Shown piece by piece: positions 48,063-57,165 of a DNA stretch of 64,000 nucleotides. The position numbers and the translations under genes are program-made. The notes beneath the pieces were generated by a model. It ran no database searches. It was given only the letters and a program-made list of their open reading frames with translations, and was not told the DNA's origin. Source of the stretch: a virus (Duplodnaviria > Caudoviricetes); the IMG/VR virus record IMGVR_UViG_3300033073_001153, positions 64,001 through 128,000 of that record, one strand, 5' to 3'. Position 1 is the first letter of the stretch. Every line of letters starts with the position of its first letter.

Positions 48063-48099
48063 AACAAGATATCGGCGGAATTTTAGAAAACTTTAGAAA

Positions 48100-48483
48100 T
48101 TAATTCACTGGCTTCAGAACTTGGACGGCTTCGAACGATTCAGTAAAATCTGCATTTGTCAACGGAAAAACTTCTTCGAGTTTTTCGGTGACTTTTTTGC
48201 GTTTAAACTTACTTTGTGCTTTAGGAAACGGATTGACGATTGGATCGGGATTTTTAGTTAACCAATCGTCCAATACATTTACAAAGCTAATACATTCTTC
48301 TACGACCCATCGTCTAAACTGTTTTGGATTTCGAATCAATCCTTTTTTGTGCGCTTTTGCCATTAGCTTAGACATTCCCAAGATTCCGTGTTTCTTTTGA
48401 ATAATAGAATAAACGGTTTCTTGTGCTAATGTTTTCAACGGAGTAGCACACGGACTTTTAGGACGATGATATTTTTTACTCAT
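48100..48483 (-). CDS. Hypothetical basic protein
   Basis: 127-aa ORF. Confidence 0.6.
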   Translation of the reverse strand: MSKKYHRPKSPCATPLKTLAQETVYSIIQKKHGILGMSKLMAKAHKKGLIRNPKQFRRWVVEECISFVNVLDDWLTKNPDPIVNPFPKAQSKFKRKKVTEKLEEVFPLTNADFTESFEAVQVLKPVN

Positions 48484-48502
48484 AGATTAATAGTTACTAT
48501 AA

Positions 48503-48955
48503 TCAAATGTTTTCTTCGTTGTCAACGTTTTCCCAACGCGATCTCATACGTTCCAACGCATCATCTGGAACACCATGAACATTCTTATAATTTCCGGTTG
48601 CTTTCTTAATGATAATCTCCGCTCCATAATTTTTACCCAACTGAATATAAGGATCAATCTCCCACTTTTGGGTAAACGTATTCGAAACAATTACCGATTT
48701 TCCAAACATCAAATCAATCTCAGTTTGCTTTTTGCACCATTCATGTGCATCTTTGAGTTTCTTTGGATCAAAATGATATTCACCATTATTATTATAAAAA
48801 TACATATCTGCCTCATAATGAGAAAGAGATGGATCTTCTTTCATCAACTGTTTAGCATAAGTTGTTTTCCCAGATCCAGAAATTCCACGAATGAGAATCA
48901 ATTTTTGTGAATGATTTTCTTCTAACAATTCGCCAACCAAATCATCAAATTTCAT
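48503..48955 (-). CDS. P-loop kinase (AAA_33/polynucleotide-kinase-like) with MKFDDL leader
   Basis: RGISGSGKTT, EADMYF, VIVSNTF, NVHGVP. Confidence 0.8.
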   Translation of the reverse strand: MKFDDLVGELLEENHSQKLILIRGISGSGKTTYAKQLMKEDPSLSHYEADMYFYNNNGEYHFDPKKLKDAHEWCKKQTEIDLMFGKSVIVSNTFTQKWEIDPYIQLGKNYGAEIIIKKATGNYKNVHGVPDDALERMRSRWENVDNEENI

Positions 48956-49400
48956 AAGTTTTATATTCTAATTTAAATTTCGAATCATACAAACCATTTG
49001 AATATTTCTCGCAACAAAAAGAGCAAGAAAGTTTATTGTTGTAAGGTAATTCGTTGCGTGTGTGATGATAACCACAAGATCCACAGATTGCCAGATATTT
49101 TTCAGAAATATTTGCTCCGTGAATTTCACCGGAACAACCGATTTCTCTTGCAACTCTTTTCCATTTTGTTCCGTGTTTAGATTCGTAACCACAAATGGCA
49201 TGAGCCACTTCGTGTAGTATTGTATCTAAAATATATTCATGGCTACATCTTGAAAGATAATGCGAAAGTTCTATGGTTTTATAGGAATGTCTACAAATGC
49301 CAGACCATTCATTATGTCTTGTGTTTATATTACACTTCCAATCATTTAAACCATATTTTGTTAATATATCTTGGCAAAGATTTTTATATTCAATCAACAT
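48945..49400 (-). CDS. SprT-like zinc metalloprotease
   Basis: GIC..IELS..TILHEVAHA..HGTKWK, CxxC pairs. Confidence 0.85.
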   Translation of the reverse strand: MLIEYKNLCQDILTKYGLNDWKCNINTRHNEWSGICRHSYKTIELSHYLSRCSHEYILDTILHEVAHAICGYESKHGTKWKRVAREIGCSGEIHGANISEKYLAICGSCGYHHTRNELPYNNKLSCSFCCEKYSNGLYDSKFKLEYKTYEI

Positions 49401-49732
49401 TAAATTTCGAACGGAACGATGTTGGATTTGGAAATGAATCTAGGCTGATCATATTCGACAAAATCCTGTTCAAGTTCACAAGAATAACCCAATTCACTGA
49501 GTGCTTCGAAACAAGCACGATGGTACATATATTCCATGAATTGATATACTGATTTACCGGATTCTTTTTCAATCAATACATATTCATGTACATTACCATC
49601 ATCAGTGTTGTGATTCAAACGATAACCAATTTCATTTAGTGCTCTTTCGAAAGGATTATCCAATTCTTCTTGAGAAGAGAACTTATATCTTTCGCGTGGA
49701 TCTAGATCGTTTGTGATAATATAGGTATTCAT
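49400..49732 (-). CDS. Hypothetical protein with internal duplication
   Basis: ERALNEIGY / EALSELGY. Confidence 0.6.
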   Translation of the reverse strand: MNTYIITNDLDPRERYKFSSQEELDNPFERALNEIGYRLNHNTDDGNVHEYVLIEKESGKSVYQFMEYMYHRACFEALSELGYSCELEQDFVEYDQPRFISKSNIVPFEI

Positions 49733-49738
49733 AGTTAT

Positions 49739-50110
49739 TTATTTTCCAAAAACAAGTCTGTTGTATTCTCTGTTTGCTGCTCTTTCGTCTAATTTTTCCA
49801 AGTGATCAAATGCTGCTGATTCTTTAGAGGCTTCGTCAAGAAGAAAGTTATAAACGTCTTCGTATTTGTCTGCCACTTCGTTGTAATCGTCGGACTCCTC
49901 ATCGACTCCTTCCATCCATCCATCTGGAAGTCTGACACAAAGAGTTCCGTCCATTTTTGCTTCAGCAAGACCAAAGTCTTTCATATAAGACAGTAACTCT
50001 TTATGTGAAATATGTTGGTAGTATATTTCTTCCATCTGATATTCCCAATCATGGGATTGGATTTTAGATTCGATTTTATTCAACAATTCCAAACACTTTT
50101 GTTTATTCAT
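49739..50110 (-). CDS. Acidic hypothetical protein
   Basis: Asp/Glu-rich ORF. Confidence 0.6.
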   Translation of the reverse strand: MNKQKCLELLNKIESKIQSHDWEYQMEEIYYQHISHKELLSYMKDFGLAEAKMDGTLCVRLPDGWMEGVDEESDDYNEVADKYEDVYNFLLDEASKESAAFDHLEKLDERAANREYNRLVFGK

Positions 50111-50123
50111 AATTGTGTTTTAA

Positions 50124-50363
50124 TTAAGCAACTGGGCAAAAGATTCGTCCAACATAAATGTTATCTTCATACACCGGAAAAGATCCGTCTGGATTTGGAT
50201 CTTGGTTATCATAATAATAACCGTCTTTAAGAAAGACATCTTCCAACTCTTTTCCAAAAATAGGAGGATCGTTATATACTCCTTCTTCGTTACATGTTCT
50301 AAAAAAGGCAAACACGTTTTCGGAAAACATAACGTCACGGTAGAGAATGATGTTCTTGGTCAT
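50124..50363 (-). CDS. Hypothetical early protein, leaderless
   Basis: ATG 6 nt after ACCGATTA. Confidence 0.65.
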   Translation of the reverse strand: MTKNIILYRDVMFSENVFAFFRTCNEEGVYNDPPIFGKELEDVFLKDGYYYDNQDPNPDGSFPVYEDNIYVGRIFCPVA

Positions 50364-50404
50364 ACTAAGTAATCGGTAGTTTCTGGACTTTCTTTAGCAG
50401 TTTT

Positions 50405-51157
50405 TTAAATTAAATGCGTATCGATGATGTTCCGCTTTCCGTTCTCGTCGATCTCTAACAATTCCGACATATACACCCTCGCACCGCTTGTGTCAACATT
50501 TGTGATGGACGATTTTGTATTGTCATCCTCGATGGTAGTGATCCGGTAAATTGGAGTGTGTCCGACAACTTGACGCATACCACTAATCAATTCTAAATCA
50601 TGCCAATCTTCCCAAAGAATTGAACCTACTGGACTTATACCACCTCTTTTGTGCGAAGCTGCCCAAATAGCATTATCAGTTGAATCACGAATTTTTAATT
50701 TTTCAATAGAATGATCAATAATTCTTTGAACATTTTCAATCGTTATACCTTCTTTTAATGGATGCTGAAACCAATACTTTGTAATACCAGCATGTGAAAA
50801 CCAATAGCCATTTTCAAAATGAAAGTATTTAAGTTTATTCCAATCTTCTATTGTCAATACTTCATTAATACTAGTTTTTTTTGCCGTAGAAAATCCACTA
50901 CACATTGCAGTAAAATGTGGATGGTAGTGCAGCGTATGATTTCCGTATAGATATACCCAATCTGGAAATTCATTCATTGTCTTTTTCATAAAAGCGGCCA
51001 TCGCAGCATTTATTTCAGGAGTGTCTCCAAATTGATCATACTCGTCACCTATAAAAATAAATTTATGAGTTTTATAAAACTTATCAATAATTCTTTGAAC
51101 TTTTTCAAAGTGTGTATGTTGATCTGGTATTATTAATAATTTTTGTTCGTACTTCAT
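50405..51157 (-). CDS. Calcineurin-like metallophosphoesterase
   Basis: PDQH, GDEYD, GNH, SHAG, VVGHT. Confidence 0.85.
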   Translation of the reverse strand: MKYEQKLLIIPDQHTHFEKVQRIIDKFYKTHKFIFIGDEYDQFGDTPEINAAMAAFMKKTMNEFPDWVYLYGNHTLHYHPHFTAMCSGFSTAKKTSINEVLTIEDWNKLKYFHFENGYWFSHAGITKYWFQHPLKEGITIENVQRIIDHSIEKLKIRDSTDNAIWAASHKRGGISPVGSILWEDWHDLELISGMRQVVGHTPIYRITTIEDDNTKSSITNVDTSGARVYMSELLEIDENGKRNIIDTHLI

Positions 51158-51186
51158 AAATTTAGAAATAAATGATAAATATTTGT

Positions 51187-51433
51187 ATGAAAAAATTTAA
51201 AGGAATTATTCATACTGACTATCACAGTAGTATAGTAGAAAGATATTGTAAAGGAGAATCTTCCGTAAAAAATTGCTAAAGATTTTAATGTTTGTTATCA
51301 AACAATTTTAAAAATAATAAGATTTTACAAAAAACCTGTTAAAACCGGAGGTTTTTATAGCAAACGATTTAATTTTGATGATAATTTTTTTGAAAATATC
51401 GATACCGAAGAAAAAGCTTATCAACAAAAATAA
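51187..51433 (+). pseudogene. Frameshifted, truncated homing-endonuclease remnant
   Basis: Removing one A near 51270 gives YCKGESSVKIAKDFNV..FFENIDTEEKAY, then a stop. Confidence 0.6.
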
Positions 51434-51447
51434 TTATATAGTTATTA

Positions 51448-51924
51448 CTAATTGACCTTGTAAATGAAACTATATTCGCTATTATATTTTCCGTTGTTAA
51501 ATTTACGACAGCACCTTGAACATGCTGTATTTGCTCTACGATTAGTTTGAAATGTGTACTCGCAATTACGACAAATTGCCGTGTATTTGTACGGAGCATT
51601 CATAACACCGCACCGTTCGCCATTACAACCAATTTCGATTGCTTTAGAACGCCACACATTGTTGTGTTGGTGCCGACATCCTACGATAGCATGAGCGATT
51701 TCGTGTAGTAAAGTGTTTTTAACAGCTTCAAACGGACTGTTATTCACATGCCAGATACTCAATTCAATAGATTTGTTATATTCTTTACAAACGCCCAGTC
51801 TTGAGCGGTTGTCGTTGAAATAAAACTGCCATCCTTTTTCCAGCAGATTGTATTCATGCATCAGTTCGTAAGCCATCTTACGAATGACCAGTTGAGTGAC
51901 AGTAGAGGTGGCTTGTGTTCTCAT
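51448..51924 (-). CDS. SprT-like zinc metalloprotease
   Basis: RLGVC..IELS..TLLHEIAHA..HNNVW. Confidence 0.85.
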   Translation of the reverse strand: MRTQATSTVTQLVIRKMAYELMHEYNLLEKGWQFYFNDNRSRLGVCKEYNKSIELSIWHVNNSPFEAVKNTLLHEIAHAIVGCRHQHNNVWRSKAIEIGCNGERCGVMNAPYKYTAICRNCEYTFQTNRRANTACSRCCRKFNNGKYNSEYSFIYKVN

Positions 51925-52008
51925 GGTAGTTCAATGTCCTACCTATCTATCGGCAAAACCGGAGAATCTCTTTAGCAAATTTTTGAGATTCTCCGGTTTT
52001 TTAGTTTC

Positions 52009-52320
52009 TTATTTTTCTTTCAATTTGCACCAAGTACACCGTCTTCCTTCTTCACCCTCGTGATAGGAAAAAACTCCAATACTACAACTTTGACAATGTC
52101 GAGCCATTTCGGGAGTTTGTCCTTCAATCGTTGAAGCATAATTAGCTTCGTAACTTTTCGGAACATTCCTTGGACATTCAGTAATAATATTAGAATCATC
52201 CTTTGAATTAAGAATAACTGTTGGATATTCCTGTTTATTCTTCACTACACTTTTTTCTTGTACTCCAAACAATGCAGCACTAACTCCAATCAAACAACTT
52301 ATTAGAACTAACTTTTTCAT
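52009..52320 (-). CDS. Exported Zn-ribbon protein
   Basis: Signal peptide; CQSC..CTWC. Confidence 0.55.
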   Translation of the reverse strand: MKKLVLISCLIGVSAALFGVQEKSVVKNKQEYPTVILNSKDDSNIITECPRNVPKSYEANYASTIEGQTPEMARHCQSCSIGVFSYHEGEEGRRCTWCKLKEK

Positions 52321-52475
52321 TATTATTTTGCGTTTTTGTTTTTCAAAAATTCAGCCCATTTAATAATAGTTTCTCGATCAAACTTGCGAGCACTTTCCCA
52401 CTCATTAAGTTTTTTCAAAAAATTAGTAGCTTCTTCGAGCGTCATTTGTTCCGGTTTTTCTTTTTCTTTTTTCAT

Positions 52476-52667
52476 TTAACCTTGTTCAATTTCAAGTGCT
52501 TTGACTCGATTAGATACTTTGTTCAAGGTTCCAGTAATAGCAATTCCCAATTCAGTCTTATCTTGTTCACGCGTGAGAACTTCTACGATATAACGTACCT
52601 GTTCCATTGCGGAATGATAACCAATCCTGTATTGTTCGGTTTGTTCGACTTCGATGTTATTGTTCAT
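52476..52667 (-). CDS. Hypothetical protein
   Basis: 63-aa ORF. Confidence 0.5.
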   Translation of the reverse strand: MNNNIEVEQTEQYRIGYHSAMEQVRYIVEVLTREQDKTELGIAITGTLNKVSNRVKALEIEQG

Positions 52668-52706
52668 AATGGTTAATTTAATGAATTAGTTTTGTTTTTT
52701 GGTTAA

Positions 52707-52742
52707 AAAGGGAAGGGAACTTTTTATCATTCCCTTCCCTTT
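52707..52742 (-). terminator. Terminator after the DUF932 gene
   Basis: AAAGGGAAGGGAA / TTCCCTTCCCTTT followed by a T-run on the minus strand. Confidence 0.7.
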
Positions 52743-52752
52743 AAGGGGGAAT

Positions 52753-53766
52753 TTAGTTGAGAAGCAAATCCATTGCCTGTTGCTTCATTCGAGCACCTGC
52801 CCCAAGAATTGATCGTTCGAAACGTGCTTCAGCTTCGATAGAAATTCCTTCGTCAGAACGATTCTTACGAGCCTCCGTAAGGCGACCACCTTGATGATGA
52901 TCTACATATTCGGTAACCGCATTGAATAGATCCCATTTAGTACGACCATTGTTTCCCTTACCAGAAGTAAACAATGTGGCGATGTCATTACGACGATTGC
53001 TTGTACGAGTGGAGATTCTTCCTGTTTCTGGATTCAATTCGGCAGGAATTAGCGTATTTACAAATCCTTCAACATAAGACTTTGTAACTTCTTCTTCAGC
53101 AAGCTTATTCATTACAATTTGAAGATCATCGTAGAATGCGTTTGCAAATCCAAGAACTTTCGCAGCTTCATTCTTCTTTTCTGCAAAGTTTTTACGATGA
53201 TAAATCTTGAAACAATTTGTGTGGTTTCTAAGAGCTGCATTAAAAGTATTTTGGCATACGCACCTTACAGGCGTAATACAACCTGTCAATGCCTTTGATC
53301 CATCGTGACTTGTAAAGAACAAAACTTTCTTAACAGTCGTGTCATCTGGATTAGAATTTAGAAACAACTTTCCTTCCAACTCAGCCTGCATGAATACCAT
53401 ACGACCACCCTTCAACGATCCAGCAGTATCCCAAACTGCCTTACCAGAACCGATAATTTCATCGAAGAAACTAAATGCTTCGAGATTTTGGATCGGAGTG
53501 TAGCGAGCACTCATAATGGACAACGGATTGTAATTGTCTTTGCGACGAACAAGGAACTGATCCGGAACTTCCATCAGTTCATTGTCCAAAGGATTCTGGT
53601 GATACACCGGAACCTGCTCGACTTCCCAATCGAGAAGTGCTTCCTTGATTGCCTCCTCTGCCGTCAACTGACGATCAGAGAGTTGACCGAGTTGATGCCA
53701 TCCGCGAGTAACTGCTGAAAAGAATTCAGTACGTCCGTCTTCGCGTTGTGTGAGTTCGTGTGCCAT
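52753..53766 (-). CDS. DUF932-family protein
   Basis: WHQLG, YTPIQN.EAF, TAGSL.GG, TSHDGS, TPVRCVCQNT, WDLFNAVTEYVDH; start MAHEL at 53766. Confidence 0.88.
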   Translation of the reverse strand: MAHELTQREDGRTEFFSAVTRGWHQLGQLSDRQLTAEEAIKEALLDWEVEQVPVYHQNPLDNELMEVPDQFLVRRKDNYNPLSIMSARYTPIQNLEAFSFFDEIIGSGKAVWDTAGSLKGGRMVFMQAELEGKLFLNSNPDDTTVKKVLFFTSHDGSKALTGCITPVRCVCQNTFNAALRNHTNCFKIYHRKNFAEKKNEAAKVLGFANAFYDDLQIVMNKLAEEEVTKSYVEGFVNTLIPAELNPETGRISTRTSNRRNDIATLFTSGKGNNGRTKWDLFNAVTEYVDHHQGGRLTEARKNRSDEGISIEAEARFERSILGAGARMKQQAMDLLLN

Positions 53767-53930
53767 AACTTGCTTTCTGTTTTTGTTTGTTTTTGGTTTT
53801 TGTTTTCTGCGAACCAGATTCACTGGCGTATCTAGTAATCGGCATTTTCTTGACCGACTTTAGTTTTTTTTTCCTTTTTCTTTCTCCGTCTGGTTTTTCA
53901 GAGGAGAATTTCGAAGGTGTTAGGACTGTA

Positions 53931-54131
53931 CTACAGCTTTTTGCGTTTGTCTACAACTTTTTTTGGATTCTGTTTCTTTTTTGTTTCGAAGAAACTCCAG
54001 TCCACCGGAGTTGGTGGTTCTTGTGCAAGAAAATTGATAAGTTGTATACAGTTCTTATCTGTTTTTTCTTTTTCGTTTGTAGTTAAAATTTCTTTTTCTA
54101 CTTTTTCGATTGTAGAAATAGAATTTACCAT
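53931..54131 (-). CDS. Hypothetical protein
   Basis: 66-aa ORF. Confidence 0.45.
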   Translation of the reverse strand: MVNSISTIEKVEKEILTTNEKEKTDKNCIQLINFLAQEPPTPVDWSFFETKKKQNPKKVVDKRKKL

Positions 54132-54142
54132 CTTGTATTTAG

Positions 54143-54424
54143 TTAAATATCTTTAAATTTCGGGTTCCAACATAAATACCATTCATCATCAAGTGGTAAT
54201 ATTCCAATAATATCACCATTATTAGTATCATGTAAAAAACTAAACTTATTCATAGACATTTTGCTTACATTATAAATGCCTAATTTATCATAGAATGATA
54301 ATTTTAAAGTACTATCTTTAATAATAAGATCTACCTTTATATGTTTTTGCAAAACAATACCAAACTTTACAATTAATCCATCTTTTGTTAGATTAATATT
54401 ATTATAATTTGATATATTATACAT
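54143..54424 (-). CDS. Hypothetical protein
   Basis: TTGACA-N16-TATAAT at 54439-54466. Confidence 0.55.
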   Translation of the reverse strand: MYNISNYNNINLTKDGLIVKFGIVLQKHIKVDLIIKDSTLKLSFYDKLGIYNVSKMSMNKFSFLHDTNNGDIIGILPLDDEWYLCWNPKFKDI

Positions 54425-54501
54425 TATTAATAATTAATATTATAACATTAATTTTCTACTTGTCAATAGAAAAATTTTAACAAACTTAAAATTTTCTGAT
54501 G

Positions 54502-54571
54502 AACATGCGAGTTTATGGTAAACATGCGAGTTTATTATATAAACGCGAATTTAATATGAACACGAAAATTT
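54502..54571. repeat. Tandem repeat with about 19-bp period
   Basis: AACATGCGAGTTTAT twice plus two degenerate copies. Confidence 0.6.
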
Positions 54572-54576
54572 CGCCG

Positions 54577-54798
54577 TTAAAGTTTGTATTTCACTTTGCC
54601 AACTTTATATTTTTCTTTGTCTACGATTCTATATTGAACGTAGCGGTCTCGATTTTCGAAATTGGCTATGTGGACTATGCCGAGGTGTCTTTCGAAGTTT
54701 TTAAGCGTTACATCTTTGGTAGAACGGTGGATTGATATGTCCTTTAAAAAGTTCTCGTAGCTTTTATCGAAGGCTTCCATCATGAATGTTATTTTCAT
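54577..54798 (-). CDS. KIKYGI-family protein
   Basis: FERHLGI..IVDKEKYKVGKVKYKL. Confidence 0.65.
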   Translation of the reverse strand: MKITFMMEAFDKSYENFLKDISIHRSTKDVTLKNFERHLGIVHIANFENRDRYVQYRIVDKEKYKVGKVKYKL

Positions 54799-55112
54799 AC
54801 GTAAAATGTCCAGTGTTTGTTTTCGTATCCGACGTTAATTTGTCCCCAAAATTCAGAATTCTTTACTATTTTGTTTTTGTGGTTTCTTTTAAAATATAAG
54901 AGATCCGATTCAAATAGTTTATAATCCAGATTATTTGGTATTAAAATAGCCGATAAATCTTGTTGAAATTCGGCATTAATGATCCGGATTCCGTAATTAT
55001 TCCTCCATTCTTTACTTGAAATATAATCAGCAAAAAAAGAACTAGATTGACGAGAAATAAAAATCGCATAGTAATTAACAAATTTTTCAGATTCTAATAA
55101 TATGTTGTACAT
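54795..55112 (-). CDS. Hypothetical protein
   Basis: Coupled to the next gene. Confidence 0.55.
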   Translation of the reverse strand: MYNILLESEKFVNYYAIFISRQSSSFFADYISSKEWRNNYGIRIINAEFQQDLSAILIPNNLDYKLFESDLLYFKRNHKNKIVKNSEFWGQINVGYENKHWTFYV

Positions 55113-55114
55113 AA

Positions 55115-55447
55115 TTAATCTTGCCCATACAATTCTTCGTCTTTTAGGTTTAGTTCTTCTTTGTTGAGAAAATAGTAATGATCTTCTCTTTCTTCTGTGA
55201 AGCCTTCGGCATAGTAATAATCTAGTCGCTTTTCTAGTACATTACAAAGAATGTCATTGAAAATATCAACATCAACCACACAGCTTTTTCCCAGAGTGGA
55301 TTCGATCACTTCTAGATCTTTTTGTGTGATGTTCTGAATGTATGGAAGGTTTTTGGGAACCTTTCCTTTGTTCATGATGATGCTTCCAGTGATAATAGTT
55401 TCTGCCATGATCTTGGCAACATTAATGATAGGTTTGTCGTTTTTCAT
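55115..55447 (-). CDS. Hypothetical early protein
   Basis: Promoter at 55463. Confidence 0.6.
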   Translation of the reverse strand: MKNDKPIINVAKIMAETIITGSIIMNKGKVPKNLPYIQNITQKDLEVIESTLGKSCVVDVDIFNDILCNVLEKRLDYYYAEGFTEEREDHYYFLNKEELNLKDEELYGQD

Positions 55448-55531
55448 GTCTACATCATCTATATCGGCAGAATTTAGAGAAACTTTAGGACTTTTTTCAG
55501 TTCCGTAAGCCGTTTTAGGATAAATACTTAT

Positions 55532-56113
55532 GTGAGAAAGTTTATTTGTTTCTTACTGGCTTGTTCATTCTTAGTAATTAACAAGATAAATGCAGAAGAA
55601 GATATGTCTTTTTTAATTAAACGAGCATTTCTTGATACTATAGAAAAAATACCAACACGTGAAGAAATAGAATGGTATCTTGTTTATAATAAAAATGGTT
55701 ATTCAATGGCTATTGATTGGCTATTAAATAACAAACAATATAAATGGAACATTTCAAAAGAATATGCTAAAATTCTTCTTTTATCCAAAGAATATCAGCA
55801 TCTTCCAAAGATGAAATTAAATCAATTACAACTTCGTAAAAACTTGCTTTATGTTGTTGGTATGAATGAAGAACCAACAATAGAAAATGTAGAAATTGCC
55901 AAGTTAAGTTTAATTAAAATGGCTATTGAATCTGGTGGAACTGAAAGTGAAATAATAGACTACATGGCTAATTCACTGATGTGTAGAAATACTAACTTAA
56001 CAGAGAGTAATATTTTAGGAAAGATTATTAGAGAATCTTCTAAAGATGAAAACGGCACATGGTTAGATGTGCTTAATACTATATTAGAATTTGAGGACGT
56101 GAAAACGAAATAA
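55532..56113 (+). CDS. Exported protein resembling a minimal DUF1549/DUF1553 fusion
   Basis: Signal peptide; FLIKRAFLDTIEKIPTREEI; IIDYM..LMCR..E..WLDVLNTIL. Confidence 0.5.
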   Translation: MRKFICFLLACSFLVINKINAEEDMSFLIKRAFLDTIEKIPTREEIEWYLVYNKNGYSMAIDWLLNNKQYKWNISKEYAKILLLSKEYQHLPKMKLNQLQLRKNLLYVVGMNEEPTIENVEIAKLSLIKMAIESGGTESEIIDYMANSLMCRNTNLTESNILGKIIRESSKDENGTWLDVLNTILEFEDVKTK

Positions 56114-56440
56114 CTAGAATCCGTATTCTATTCTAGATAAGAAGAATTTCTTTTTATCAATTACTTCGAAGTAATTATCCCACCATTCGAATGTAATTTT
56201 ATTGTTTATTTTGTCAAATGTTTCAAAACGAAGATCTATTATTTCCAGCCAATAATTTTCAGACTTCTCAACGTATTTTAAAGATCGTTTAAGTGCTTTA
56301 CATTTGACAGATTTCAATCCTTTTTTTCTGAGATTAACAGCAGGATAAATAGAAGATCCTTTATTAAGTTTTTTATCTAATTCCCAGCCTACTCTTATAT
56401 ATGTTTTTAGCGGAGGAGGAGTTGATTCTGTTGTTATCAC
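56114..56440 (-). CDS. KIKYGI-family protein
   Basis: Ends VIDKKKFFLSRIEYGF. Confidence 0.65.
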   Translation of the reverse strand: MITTESTPPPLKTYIRVGWELDKKLNKGSSIYPAVNLRKKGLKSVKCKALKRSLKYVEKSENYWLEIIDLRFETFDKINNKITFEWWDNYFEVIDKKKFFLSRIEYGF

Positions 56441-56620
56441 AAGTTTATTAAATTTACGAGTTCTTTATATCTTCGTGACTTTTTGAATAATCCAGAAACA
56501 TTTCAAGAATTTTTTCAAATGCTTCGTTGAAAGTGATATCTCTTTCGTGAGCAAACAAAATAATTTGGATTAAATGTTCTTTATCGAAATCATTTAAATC
56601 TATATCAATCGTGCCAGTTT

Positions 56621-56896
56621 TCATAAATCGTATTTTAATCGGAAAAGCATTAGTTTTTTGTAATTGGTTACATAAACAGCTCCATATCTATATGGAGTCT
56701 TTATATTCCGACCATAAACAAATCCTAAATGTTTTTTAAAATATCTATTTGAATTTTTCTTTGTGAAATAATAATAAGGATAATTAGGAAATCCATCAGG
56801 AAGTTTTAAATTAAATCTTTCTATAATTTCTTCCATTCCTAATGTTACCCATTTTTGGAAAATATGATATTCTAAATGAATTATATCAGATTCCAT
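56621..56896 (-). CDS. KIKYGI-family protein
   Basis: FKKHLGF..VTNYKKLMLFRLKYDL. Confidence 0.65.
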   Translation of the reverse strand: MESDIIHLEYHIFQKWVTLGMEEIIERFNLKLPDGFPNYPYYYFTKKNSNRYFKKHLGFVYGRNIKTPYRYGAVYVTNYKKLMLFRLKYDL

Positions 56897-57164
56897 TTTT
56901 AATTTTAGATAACATATAATTGCGTTTATTCACAATATAGTATCTGTAATTTTCTGTAATTTCTTTTCCGTTTCTAATAGAAAAGTGATTCATTTTATTT
57001 TCTCCAATTCCAGCAAATGCTGATGGTTTAATATCTTTCTTGTAAGGACACAAGCCATGGTGAACACGCATGTGTCTTATATAATCATCTATATTATCAA
57101 TTTTAGTTTTTGATAAGATTTCTTTTATCTTATCGAAATGGAGAATTACTTGCCGTGTGCTCAT
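56886..57164 (-). CDS. KIKYGI-family protein
   Basis: Ends IVNKRNYMLSKIKNGI; start ATG 57164. Confidence 0.65.
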   Translation of the reverse strand: MSTRQVILHFDKIKEILSKTKIDNIDDYIRHMRVHHGLCPYKKDIKPSAFAGIGENKMNHFSIRNGKEITENYRYYIVNKRNYMLSKIKNGI

Positions 57165-57165
57165 T

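Larger units (their letters stand above)
30376..55488 (-). promoter_or_regulatory. Array of about 25 sigma-28 (FliA)-type promoters
   Basis: CTAAAG-N14/15-(G/A)CCGA(T/C) upstream of minus-strand genes; positions are listed in the finding. Confidence 0.8.
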
